Source: Bispira polyomma
Taxonomy: Eukaryota
Length of the DNA stretch: 64,000 nt
Assembly: GCA_965649765.1 (NCBI GenBank)
Contig: OZ287753.1
Location: forward strand, 4,402,001 to 4,466,000
Direction: 5' to 3'
Below are positions 1 through 12,620 of the stretch, one piece after another. A program made the translations under genes and the position numbers. The stretch's first letter is position 1; every line of letters begins with the position of its first letter. The notes below the pieces were generated by a model. The model was given only the letters and a program-made list of their open reading frames with translations. It was not told the origin of the DNA and did not search any database.

Positions 1-486
1 CTGGTTTGTCGCACAGACGTCATTCCTTACCTCAAAACAATGCACTGGCTGCCCATTCATGCTCACATTTTGTTCAAGATTCACGTTACTACTTGTAAGG
101 CTGTAGTCACTCAACAGCCCCCCTACCTTGCTTCCCTTCTCTCCTTCAGTAACCGCAAGAGAGGCAACAGACTCCCTGTCTCTTTGGTCAGATCAATTAG
201 GAAGGCGGGATCCAGAGCGTTGTCCACTGCAGCTCCAAGGTTATGGAACAGTCTCCCAGTCGACCTCAGATCCGTTGACACACTTATCAGTTTTAGAAAA
301 AACTTAAAACCTATCCTTTTAACCTTGCCTACCCACCTTAGCTTTCCTCATGCACGCTCCCACTTCCTTTCTTATGACTTTGCAATGTCCATGGACTTAA
401 TGATTGGACCAATGATTCTGCTGTTGCGCGTTAGAAGATGCCTAGCATCAATAAATCGCGTTAAAAATTCATAATAATAATAATAA
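1..486 (+). mobile_element. 3' end of a degenerate L2/CR1-group LINE with (AAT)n tail
   Basis: ORF 40-474 contains HWLPI..ILFK..PPYLASLL..AAPRLWNSLP..FRKNLK, the typical L2 C-terminus, and ends in aataataataataat. Confidence 0.85.
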
Positions 487-1095
487 TGCTTACAAGTTTT
501 TATTTAATGTGTCATTATTTAGGTAATGACAGGTGCTAAAAATGCAGGCCCAGGTAATCCTGAACACAGAATCAACTTCAGTACTCAGACACGCCTCATA
601 TGAACCAATATCGAGTAGGAATTTAGCAAAAACCAAATGTAAGAAAAAGGTACACTGACAAATTTTTTAAGGATAATTTGGAATTATAAGGAAAATGTAT
701 GTTAAGTACTCTGATTTAGCCAAAATTATTGTTAGGTGTAATTAGTGGCAACAAGTGATAAAATAGTGGAATGAATTTGTATAGTTAATAAAACATGGAA
801 CATCTATTTTTTCAAAGGCTGGATCTCTGAGTTTGTGTTGGATATTCATATACAATAAAATAAACAAGAGCACTCAGTAGACCGCATACCTCTGCTAGGG
901 TTACACATCTACCCCAACCCCAACAAAAAAGGCTGTATGGGCCAAAGAATCATCTATAAAGCTTTAGGGGAGGAGCCAGAAATGATTATTTGCCGATATA
1001 AAATATAAATATTGTAATTATTAATATTCACGAGGATTGCAAACAGAATAAAAAGGTTATATTTAATGAATAAACTTAGTTACTTTTTACAATAA

Positions 1096-1301
1096 GCATG
1101 GGCTTCCCTTTCAGCAGTCACGGACGTCAGACGATTTATTAAAATCTGAGCCGATCTGACATCAGCCGATGTAGCACTTCCTTTCATCAAATATGTACTA
1201 TGTCACATGGTGTGAGAATTTTTTATTTTTTTTTTTCTGCTGACGTCCGATAAAATCAGCATATGTCGGCCGAGAAAAACATGCTGAAAGGAATCCCAGG
1301 C
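1096..1301. mobile_element. Short Harbinger-type MITE, same family as 18220-18878
   Basis: Imperfect TIRs gcatgggcttccctttcagca / tgctgaaaggaatcccaggc flanked by TAA/TTA; internal motifs shared with the 18220 element. Confidence 0.6.
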
Positions 1302-1929
1302 TTAGTATGCGATTGCTTACATCCTCGACTTACGAAACAGCGATGATACATGAGATGCTTTTAGTGTGGGAGTCACCTTTAAGAGTTATCTAATACAAGA
1401 ATATATGAACTAGTTCCAGCCATTATTAAGCGACAGTTTTTAAAATTTTGTCATCACTTTTGGTTCACACAGGGGAAACATAAGATGAATAGTTTGGCCT
1501 TACAAATAGTGATCATCGTTATATTCCATTAACTTTTTTCATAGACAAAATAGAAACCCAGGAGACTTGTCTGTGTAAGGGTAAAATGTAACTGTAAATA
1601 GCATTTTCTCCCTGTAGTGCAATAACCGATAGGACAGGCCATTTATTAGTCTGCTAACATTTTTTATTACTTGTTTTTGTTGAAGTTGTAATTTTAGTTT
1701 ACTCATGTTAGTAAGAATAGACACTATCCAAGGGGGTTGACATGGAATATATTTTACCTCAGCCAGGAGCTTTAGGTTTTCATCCATGTCTAAGTTCTTT
1801 TAGTTTGTTGCAAAATTATGAAAAAACAAAATACTGAACTAATTGTGGAGGGCCAGGGAATAGGCCAACTGAGAAACCAATACCTTTTAGTGGAGTGCAT
1901 ACCTCCGCCAATGAACCACAATCCCAATG

Positions 1930-2260
1930 TGGTCTCTGTGGCCCAATGATTAGTGTGTCGGATCTCAGGTATCTTGAGAGCCAGGGTTCGATCCTCGCTG
2001 CAGGCCTGGAGATTGTACCCTTTGGACAAGGTGCTTTACACAAAGTTGTCTCTCTCTATCCAGGTGTATAAATGGGTACCTGGTCGCTAATTGGTGTTAT
2101 AGTCTTTGTGCGCTGCATGTGGCAGCATGGCTAGTATGCTACCTGGGGGAGCTGAGACTGAACAATTGGTTGACAAGTAAAAGAACCCAGGCGGGGGTGT
2201 AATCTGTACAGCGCTTTGGAAAAAAAGCGCTTTATAAATGCAAATTTACAATTTTAATTT
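1930..2260 (+). mobile_element. tRNA-derived SINE with CORE-like body and L2-like tail
   Basis: A box TGGCCCAATGA, B box GGTTCGATCC, body ctttggacaagg..ccaggtgtataaatgggtacc, tail agcgctttgg..aagcgctttataaat; TSD-like acaat(t)cccaa on both sides. Confidence 0.75.
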
Positions 2261-4004
2261 ACAATTCCCAAAAGTAAAAACATTCCTGCAGAATTACACA
2301 AAAATTGCTAGAAGAAACCATTATTTTTAGTGGTATTTACCCATCAACCAGCCACTACAACTGAAATATTCCATGGTTTGACACAGAAACTTATTTTGTT
2401 ATTTTTACATATGGGCCCTAACGTTGATGACCAAAAAATAGTTCATATTTCCTGTTTAATTTACAATTCCTCCCCATTTTGTTGACAAATTGTGACAGGA
2501 CAGACGAATAATACATAAACTTGGTATAAGAAGTATGTCAATTTATTTTAATTTCTTCTATTTCGCCACTCCACGTGTTTTTCTAATGACAATCCAGCAC
2601 TTGGTCACTTATATGAGGAAAGTCTGTTAATGCTTTGTATTTTTCTTGCTATTACATAAATAAATTACCTCCGAGAAAAATCAGACCAATAAAAATGACT
2701 GTTTTAAATAATCAACACAAACGCAAAAGCATATTCTCAAATTTTAGGCCTCTCAACCTTATATATACAAGCGATATAGAGTAAAAAAAAGTTTTTATCA
2801 ATGCAACCTCTGTGGTATCGAGTATCCTAAAATGAAGGGCCTCTCTAACACAAACTACCTTAACATGTGCTGAGTACCTTCAAGGAAAGAACAAGATGAA
2901 TTGGCAGAAATCGGCCAGAGATCTCGCGTCAACTCACTTCATCTAAAATCATTTCACAGAAAAATAAATCCAATAAGTAAGGAGGTTCAGAACAAAAAAT
3001 TACGTTTTAATGTTTTCAGTTTGTATGTATCTTTCAGGTTCAGGGCCTTTGCTCTCCAAAGAAATCCAAGCTTAACAAATCAGCTGATTGACCCTTCAAG
3101 CATCATGAGGTCACTCTTATACAGTTGGACTATTTGATCAGCTGACAAAAAGCTATAACCGATACTGCTTATTTTATACTTTTTTTACATATTCAAAAAT
3201 AGTTTAAGCCTGTCACTGGGGAAACAAGCCCCAACCACCTACTACTAAACAGTAAAACCTCTACTATCCGAACATGTTGGGAGAGCAAGATTTTGTTTGG
3301 ATATTAGATAAGGTTCGTGAAATAGTCACTTGTGTTTATCAATTTAATGTTCGGATAATAGAAGTTCAGGTAATAAAAGTTCACCTGCCAATCCAACCTT
3401 GTTGCTGTACTATTATTATCTTTCTGGTGTTCAATATTTTGTTTTTGCCAGACTTTTGAATTGTATATTATAATCTGCTACATTTTGGTTGAATAATTCT
3501 TCTTGTGGTTCTGATCATGTTCATTTCTAGTTTGTGACAGATATTGATGGTAAAAAACATAATTATAAAGCGTGTTTTGGGTTTTTTAGTAGAACAGTAT
3601 GAATCATATTAGGAATGATAGGAAGTTTGACTTCTATGGCTCCTGTGATGTTGTTGAATACCTTAAACGTCCAAGCTAAAACATTTTGTCACTCTTATAT
3701 TACAAAATAGCATATGACAAAACAATTGGTGACATGTCAGTGGGGGTGATTGTTCATTAACAGTCCCTCCATTTTAAGCCTACAAATAACTCATTGTCTA
3801 AATCGACAAAACAAATCATTAACAATTATCTACAGCGGTAGTAAACAAATTACATGTAAACATTTCTGGTCTTCATTATAGTAATAACTATCCTAATTAT
3901 TTTAACAAAAATTGTTGTAGAGTTTGGAAAAGGCATTATAGTCTAGATTTCTGATCAATTGGTCCAATAAAGCAGGAAACTCAATTTCATTGTTATTGTC
4001 CAAA

Positions 4005-4415
4005 ACCGGTTGTCTTCCTTTGAGGAACCAAATGGTCTACATCAACATAACTTAATACCTTTTAAGGGACTGAATGATCTACATTAACCAGAATTTGGTG
4101 CCTTTTAAGGGACTATATGGTCTACATCAACATAACTTGGTACCTTTTAAGGGATTAAATTAAATTAAAGGAATTAAATTGTGTGTATTAACCAGAATCA
4201 GTGCCTTGTAATTGACTAAATCGTCTACATGAACAGAACTGGTTGTCTTATGTTATACGTTAATAGGCCAAATGGTCTGACTGATCAGAACGGATTGCCT
4301 TTGTAGGGACCAAATGGTATCCATGAACATAATCTTCTGTCTTATTTTAAGGGATCAAATGGTTTTTCATGAACGTAACTAGATGTCTTTTAAGGGACCA
4401 AATGGTCTACAATAA
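4005..4415 (+). repeat. Degenerate minisatellite, about 42-43 bp unit, about 9-10 copies
   Basis: Recurrent ccttttaagggac(t/c)aaatggtctacat(c/g)aac(a/c)(t/g)aact units. Confidence 0.8.
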
Positions 4416-7400
4416 AGAGAATGTCATATTATAGTAATCCATATAGAAAAGGTGGACAAGAAAGTTAAAATGTAACTGGTTGTGTTGAAGTGTCCTAAAT
4501 CAGTATGATCAATTAGATTTCTCCCTTTCTCATTACTGTTTTTACTAGGTTTTCTCTAACTAATTGCCACAGAGATTTTTCTAGGTAAAACATGCCTTGC
4601 AATTTCCTGTCATTACTTGAACTCATATTCACTGCATGGCTATTGGACTTTGACTATAACATTTTCAAGTGCTATAAAACGGATAATACATTACAAAAGT
4701 AATTTTGTTTGGAAGGTAAAATTGCTGAATCATCTATTTTAAAATACCAACTAAATTATTTATCAACATCTCTGATTGTGATTTATGTTTTTGAAAATAA
4801 AGAAATTGCTTTTATCGGACCTTGCGTCTAATCTGTTAGTTTGTTCTATAATGGTTCATTTGTGATCCTATCATCATATCACGCTCCATATCAAAACACC
4901 TTTGCTTACAATGCTGCCACACCATAGTCACAACTGATAGTTTTCTAACTTGAATAAAGCCATAACTTTGTATATAACTTGATCTTCACATTCCCAGGGA
5001 TTTGTGACATTCCACTGGAGACTGGGTCTTAGAACACAACCATTATCATATCGCTGGAAGGAAGACCATATATTTGTGAGGATGTTCGAGACCAGACTGC
5101 AGTGGTATAGGCTTGTCACTGTTTTACTAAATGTGATCACTATTGTAAAGGTATTGTTGATAAGGACAGTAGTTCTAATGTTAAAACTAGGCATGTTGTA
5201 AAATATATGCTGAGGATATTGGGTCTTATGTACAAGTTGATATTTTCTATCAGTTTCAACAAGTACAGAAGCTTTTTACATGTAATCTTCCTTGCCATTT
5301 GTACAACATATCTGTTTACATTTACTTTGGAGGAACAGTTTAAATATTATATATTACATGTATCGGTGTATGTTTTATCCATATATGTTTATCATTTAAT
5401 CCTACAAATTCTGTGTTAACACTGCATCTTGATACTCATCCTAAATCACACCACACAAAACTTTTAACAGTAAATTTTTTTTAAAGCTATTTCGCCCAGA
5501 TTGTGCATCATTTTATCATATTTAAACCAATTGTAACACACAAGTGTGATTTACCAAAAACCTCCACAGCATTTATAGATACTAACCATTCAGTCAAATA
5601 CAATTAAACTGGCAATAAAATAATACACATTGTTTTTCACAAATAGAATAATGTGCAAGAGATAAGCCTCCATACCTATTGTTCTCTTTTTATTAGTATT
5701 CTTACACAACCAATCAATATTTGACCATTTGTCCTTTTCTACAACTGCGTGATATCATTTTATTTATGGCACATCCATAACACAAAACCGTTTGCTGTCA
5801 GTGATCAGCTAAAAGGAATTCTTCAATGAGACTCTGGCCCAGAGGTCAAGGCTAATCATAAACAGTTAGAGAGTAGGCTTTGTTTCTGTCCAGAATGGCA
5901 GCTTTGTAACATCAGGGCTAAAAAAGCAAAACTTTATGTATTCTGTCAACTTTCTTCACTGGCATTTTTTTATTTGGTTAAATGGATTCTAATTTACACT
6001 GGGAGTTAATTTTTGCTATATGATATCATTATAAAAAAAATTTTAAATTTATGACAATTATAAATTGCACTGTTTTGAAGAGATGACTATAGAATGAAAC
6101 TATTTACATGACATAGTCATCCATAAAGCTTATGTGACGTTGCAAAGAATAAAATATGTATTAAAATTTTATTGTGCTAATTTTTAGCTATTATTAGTGC
6201 CACCTTACAATATTAACTCAATAATTGTGTAAATCAATTAATCAAAATGATTTATCCATCATAAATCAGGCCTGTAATAAAGGATTAAAAATGAATCCAG
6301 ATGTTGGACCTTTCAGGTTCAGCAGGTTGGCATAAATTATATCAGCCAAACAAATCAGCCAAAAATTGTTAGGAATGTGAGATAAGGTGCCATGTAAAGT
6401 GGGATTCTGACTGCGAAGATTGTAATTTTTTGTTCACTTTTTTTGTAGCAACAAAAGTGAATACTTAGATATCAGGTGAGAGGAACAACTGAGGAAAGTA
6501 TATTTCAAAATGATTTATCCATCAATAAAGATTATTAGTAATAAATCCAGTAATTCTGTCTGTGTCCAAAAGCCTTATCACAAAACCAAGTAGTGATCCA
6601 GGCTCTTCATAAATTCTCTGTTGGTTTCTATTTTTACGACAGTGAAGTAAGGTCCTCCATAAAACATGCTGCCTATTAGCAGGAAAAAGGGAACCTTGAA
6701 GTAGCTGTGAATGTAGTTTTGTCATTTCTCAAAAACAAAATACCTATATAAAATATAACTATTAGCAAAACTCCAGTATCAGCATTTACACACTCACTAG
6801 TAATATAAAAATGAAATGTGGCTTTACAAAAATATTATGTTAGTTTTGGCGTGTTATGGAGTATTACTCATACATCACTATCTGTTATCACAGTCAATAT
6901 TGTCACATTTAATAAATCCTGATGTAACCATAGTGATAGTGTTGTTTCTACTATTATTGCCCAATGCCAGAAACCTACACTCTATCTAATGCGTGTTTGA
7001 TAAGAAAAAACAGTAATCAAATCTGATGTCTACAGTGCTGTACTTGGCTGGGGTATTACCAGAGTGATGCAAGGGGAACAGATAGGTCATTGTGTCTCAA
7101 CTATAGGTCACTTTTTTAAATTGAAAAATAATACTATGACACTACCTTGCATTTTAAATATGCTTGGTTTATAACCTAAGAATATGTCCAGGAAGGTTCA
7201 TGAAAGTCACCAGTACATCATGAAAGTCACCAGTACACCATAAGTACTAACTTAGCTTCAGGCCTGAACCTGTCCAAGGCGATCATCTGATAACATTTCA
7301 AAAAGTAGATCAATATGTAAGGCAGCAGTAAGCCACAAACAAAAGACATGAAAGAGACACTGCTTTACAAAAATTGCATTAATGTCTCACAGTAGTCTTA

Positions 7401-8896
7401 TTACTGTCATACAACAACCCAAAATGGCCAGCTGTCGCCATTTGGTGCACCATTGTCCTATCCTTGTCTCAATGCTGTCTTACTGTGGTCTCATGACTGT
7501 CCCATATTGCTTTTCCAGGCAATTACACACAAACAATAGAGACAATCTCCACAAATTATTGCAACACTGTCTTGCATTTTAGTCACATATATAGGACACC
7601 GGCTTAAGTAATCTGACAAAAAGTGCCATTACCAAGTATTTTTGGAAGTATATGGTACATGCAGATTAAATTATACAATAAGATCTAATCAATTCTGTAA
7701 TAGAGCTTGATCTTCGTCCTAGCAGATTCTATGGCATGACAATTAAAATCATTGTTTAGTGGTTGTGTTGTAGTGGACAGAAAAAACGGTCCTAATTAGA
7801 GAGTCAGTTATGGTAAGACCGCACAAGTAGTCAGTTGTCACTAAGCTTTAACTAGATCTGGATCAATTTTCAATGGTTTCCACCTTGTCTACTACTCTCT
7901 AACCAACAACAGTTTGGTTAAATTTACTTTAGTATTTTTGTGTAATTCTGCTAAACAAATAGACAGTTGTGAAAACATCACCTCCTTGGTGAGGGTAACA
8001 CTCAAGCTGGTGTGGATGCGAGGCCTGTACAGATGGAAAGTTTTATTAAAAATATTATAACTGTAAACAAAAAGAAACATCATACAAAAGAGGCATTTTA
8101 ATACCAAAATATTGTTACTGTAAACAAATTATTACACTAGCAGGGCTGTCGACCTGCGCAAAGGTGCTCCATTCCCAACAGACAAATTAAGCCAAGAGCT
8201 GTTGTTGTTTTACAGACACAGATGTACAGTGTGAAATACACTAATCATGGTTTGTTTGGTCATTACTTACTCGGACAAATCTACTACCTCTCATAGCTGC
8301 ACCTGATAATAATAATTTTACACCCATCAGTTTGGAAGAGTCGATTGCTTCCAGCAAATCCAGGAGCCCCTTACACATTTTAAAGGTGGAGGTGCCCTTT
8401 TTAAAATGAAACAGCATCTGAAACAAGATCTGATAAAAAAAACTTATTTTAACATGTTTTAAAGTATATTATAACTGGTAGTCAATGCAGTACTGGACAT
8501 TTTCTCCTTCTTAAATCGACAGTGTTTCTACATGACATATCTGTCATACAAGTATAACAGAGCAGTTTATTACTTATTGTTATAAGATAATATGTTGTCC
8601 TATTTTCCTCCATGTAAACACTTGGACTAGGTCTTCCTGTTAAATAAATACAAACACAATGTAAGCTAATATGTATATGACCCTTTCCACAATATATAAC
8701 GCCGCAGTGCCTTACCCCTAGTCTCTACCTGTAGATAAAAATGTGACCAAAACTTATTTATACCCTTGTAATGAAGGCAACTTCAGACATTGGGGCCAAA
8801 GTTTGCAAGATGAAAATGTCCCGAGTAATAAAGGGTCATAAAGGAGGAGTTTTTTTATCTTATTCTAATAAAATGTATGTAACATATATATGGCAA

Positions 8897-9735
8897 TTAT
8901 ATATATATATATATATCTTTATTCGTACTTTATATTGTACAATAATAATGAAAAAAAAAAGAGAAAGAGAAAGAAAAAAAAAGTGTGAATTAATTAATTA
9001 CAAATGACATTTATGTACAAAAGAATTCTCACATCACTTAAAGTTCATTACAGTTAAACACAGAATTACGATCTTGTCTCATATTGAGAACATCAATGAT
9101 ATTTGATATCTTTACTTCATCTGCAGGGTTATTTTCATTAGTATTACACCAGACTTTGCTATTCATACTGTAAGTAACTTTGTTGTACACACTGGTATCA
9201 TATTTTGACTCTAAGATGGCATGCTTACTCCAAATGTGATTAATATTATTACATATCACAGAACCACTACCGTTTAGGGCTAAAGTGCCACATAATTTCA
9301 CAAGTACATTATCACTATCTAGTATAGACTTAAAAAATTTTAAAAAACGTTTATGTATTTGAAGCTCAGCAGGAGTATCTTTCAGAATGACATGTAAAAA
9401 TCTACTATGTGTTTTGTAAGGCACATCTAACAGTTTACGAATACACTTCCTCCAAGTAGTATAAAATCTACTGATGAAATGTCCACCCAAATTCCACAAG
9501 ACACACCCATACAGGGCCATACAATAACTTTTAAATAGGTTATACTTAACCTGGTAATCACAGTAACCAAAAGAGGCCATCATAAAATTAAAGTTACCAA
9601 TAAAAGAATTAATAGATTTATCAGTCATTATGTCATTTGCATTTACACCTAAACAATTACCTAAGTGGTTAGCATTAGACACATTAGTTAATACAGTACC
9701 ATCATATGGTGGTCTATACTTGTGGTACAACATAT
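8897..9735 (-). mobile_element. 5'-truncated non-LTR retrotransposon (CR1/L2-group RT C-terminal region)
   Basis: ORF 9038-9784 contains HLG..LFKSYCMALYGCVLW..WRKCIRKLL; followed by AATAAA and an (AT)n tail at about 8898-8923; absent from the paralogous unit at about 14420. Confidence 0.75.
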
Positions 9736-12294
9736 CAGTTTCGCTGACCAAAATATGCAAATGTAACCAGGTATTCAGAAACAATCATCTATGGTGTAAA
9801 CAACACAATAGGTATGGAAGCTTCTTTTTTTTTCCTTGGTCTTCACATTCTTGCACCGCAAGAAATGTGCAAATTTATACCAAAAAGCAGAAAACATGAT
9901 CTTATCCCGATTGTCCTAGGCTTGTTGCCTTCTTTTAATGTTCAACATGAACAGACTGACATATGATGTTAACCCATGTAGAAGAAAAGGTGGACAACAA
10001 AGTTTAAATATAGATAGCTGTGTTAATGTGGCCTAAAGCAATGTGATGAATTGGATTTCCTCTCTTCTCATTATTGTCTTGACTTTGAGGTTTTTTTAAC
10101 TCATTGCCATGGAGACTTTATCAAGTAAAAGATAGTTTGCTAGGTCTGAGAAAGACCCTGTGAAAGGTATATGTTCATACATCTGCTAATATTTGATCTA
10201 TCAATATCTATTTCTGTCTGACATTAAATCTACCACATAAAATATCATAAAATGGATAACACATTTAAATATTATAAATATATTTTCGGAAAATAGTGCT
10301 ATAAAGTGGATGGTATATTTGTTTTTATAAAGACTGACTTTTATAGCATATTTTGCTAAATAATTATTATATTTTACCTGTGAATATAAAGTCAGAAATT
10401 ACCTGTCTGCAAATACTACATTTGGATCTTTAAATTGCAGTCGTTATGGATAGATCTGATTTCTGTTTTGAAAATGTAGAAATGGCTCTTAAGTATTTGG
10501 TTTTGCTCTATAAATGTTTCTTTTTACCCTTTACTTGATAATGTATCCTCCAACGAATTACTTTGCTTGCATAAGCTCCAGAATAATAGTCACAACTGAT
10601 ATTTTTCTAAGGCCACAGCTTTGTATGTAACTATATCTTCACATTCCCAGGGATCCTTCTCACTGGAAACTGGGCCTCAATAACACAACCATTGTACCAG
10701 GTCATTGCCAGACAGAATACAATCTATTTGTAATTATAAAGTGAACATATGGCACACTAAGCCACAATACTATATACTTTCAAACTTAAGTAAATTTGCA
10801 AAGTTCTTATATGCTGATGAGATGCAGGTTTTATGTACAAGTTGAGATTTTATACAAGTTTCAACAATTTGTACAACATCTCACGTACACAACACACATA
10901 TGTACATATTTCTCTCTTTACAGCTTCAACTTATAATATATGAAGCATTTGTCCTTTTTTACTAAGCAGAAACAGTTCAAATATATGAGTACATTTTATC
11001 CTTATATTTTGATCATGATGTATCACTTTCTACATGTTCTGTGTTAACCAGTCAACTTGATACCATTCTTAAATGACACTATACAATTATTTTAACAATA
11101 AGTTTGTTTACGTTATTTTGGACAGATTATGCATTATTTCAACATATTTGCCTCAAACACAAGATTGAAAACCTTTACAGCATGTTTGGAATTACTGGTA
11201 ATAATTGAATCAAAAACAATGATACTGGTATTGAAATAGTGTGTAAATTTTGTGAAAAATATAATAATGTGCAACGACAAGTCTCCATACCTATTGTTGT
11301 ATTTTTATTAGTATTTCTTACACAACAATTCAATATATGACTGTTTGTCCTTTCCTATAACTGTGTGATAACATTTTATTGATGGCACATTTATAACATA
11401 AAACCGGTTGCTGTCAATTATGAGCTAAAAGGAATTTTTTAATGAGACTCTGGCCCAGAGTGCTGCCTTCCATAATATAATCCTAAAACAATCCCTTTAG
11501 AAGAGAAAGACTGCTTTGCTTAGGTGAAACATTTAGGTTTTCAATGCATCAGTGTGTGGGACGTTTAGCAGCATAACATGAATCATTTACACAAATATGT
11601 CTTTTTGTTGGAAAATGCTTTCGTATATAAATACAATGTCACTGGAAGTGGAGTATGTCTGAGATTATTGAAATTTATGCTCAGAACAAAACTGAGTATT
11701 CATGTTTTAGGTTAAAAACAATAATTGTGTACAAAAAACAACTAAACTAACTACAGTAGTTCTATCCAGGTGAGTCTAAAAGACTGATAAAAAATCAAGG
11801 AGTGATCCAGGATATTCATAAATTTTCTGGGGTTTATATTTTTATGACAGTGAAGTAAGGTCCTCCATAAAACATATGGCCTGTGAGTTGCAGAAATAAG
11901 GGGGACCTTGAAGTAGCTGTAAATTTATTCTTTCTCTGAATGTGAAGCAACTTATTTAAAAGAAAACAATGACAATAGGTTTTTTTGGCAGTATCAGAAT
12001 TTTCACACTGATTTTGTTAGTTTTTTGCCTGATGTGGAGTATTAATCTCAATGTAACGGTTATCACTGTCAAGATTGTCAGATTAAATACATCCTGGGGT
12101 AACCATAGTGATGCTGTTTTTGTTCTTGTATTACTGCATGCTAGCGGCAGGCACTGTATCTAATATCTATGTTTCTTTGACAGAAAAAAAGTAAGTAATC
12201 AAATTGGATACCTGCCATGTTAGATGTGGTTATGATCTACACACTGAACGACCATGTAATTAATTGGCTCTATCAGTGATAATAAAAGAATGTT

Positions 12295-12620
12295 AAACAA
12301 AGGCACTTAGTAGGGTGAAAACCTCAGCCTGTAGCTTCAGCTACAGATCTAGACAGCTCAAAGTCGGCCATCCAATACCATTTTATCTAATACCAGTACT
12401 TTTTGAAATATAAAGTTCTCATTATTAAAGTATACTCATTACTCGTCAAATATTTGCTTATCTTTATCCAGATCTTCACTGAAATTTAATGGTTACATCT
12501 GCAGCCCATTCCCTTGGCCTTCAAAATGTTTAGCCATTTCGGTTTAGATTAATTTTGAATAATCCTGCTAACAAACAAAGAGACAGGGTTGAAAACATGA
12601 CCTCTTTCGTAGCAGTAAAT
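12295..12620 (+). repeat. Non-autonomous interspersed repeat (aacaagag..acctc(c/t)gcca / aatcctgctaacaaac..gaaaacatgacctc family)
   Basis: Related fragments at about 862-900, 1885-1912, 7855-8000, 12745-12960, 20383-20520, 26715-27835 (split by an L2) and 27975-28200. Superfamily not assignable from sequence. Confidence 0.5.

Noticed and set aside
6641-6702. SECIS-like GTGAA..AAA..GA
   Set aside because: The quartet is out of register with the stem by 2 nt and there is no upstream selenoprotein ORF.
6545-6710. Minus-strand H/ACA snoRNA reading (two hairpins, AAAATA hinge, ACA)
   Set aside because: The ACA box is not kept in all copies (ACA/ATA/TCA), the second hairpin is poorly conserved, and no convincing target was found.
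7199-7240. Small tandem duplications (20 bp here, 22 bp at about 25490, 31 bp at about 51250)
   Set aside because: Ordinary slippage events, absent from paralogs.
11969-12163. Homologous ORFs 11969-12163 and 19902-20186 sharing a C-terminus and stop
   Set aside because: Starts differ, the third copy (about 26470) has a 7-nt frameshifting deletion, and changes are mostly non-synonymous; explained by duplication alone.
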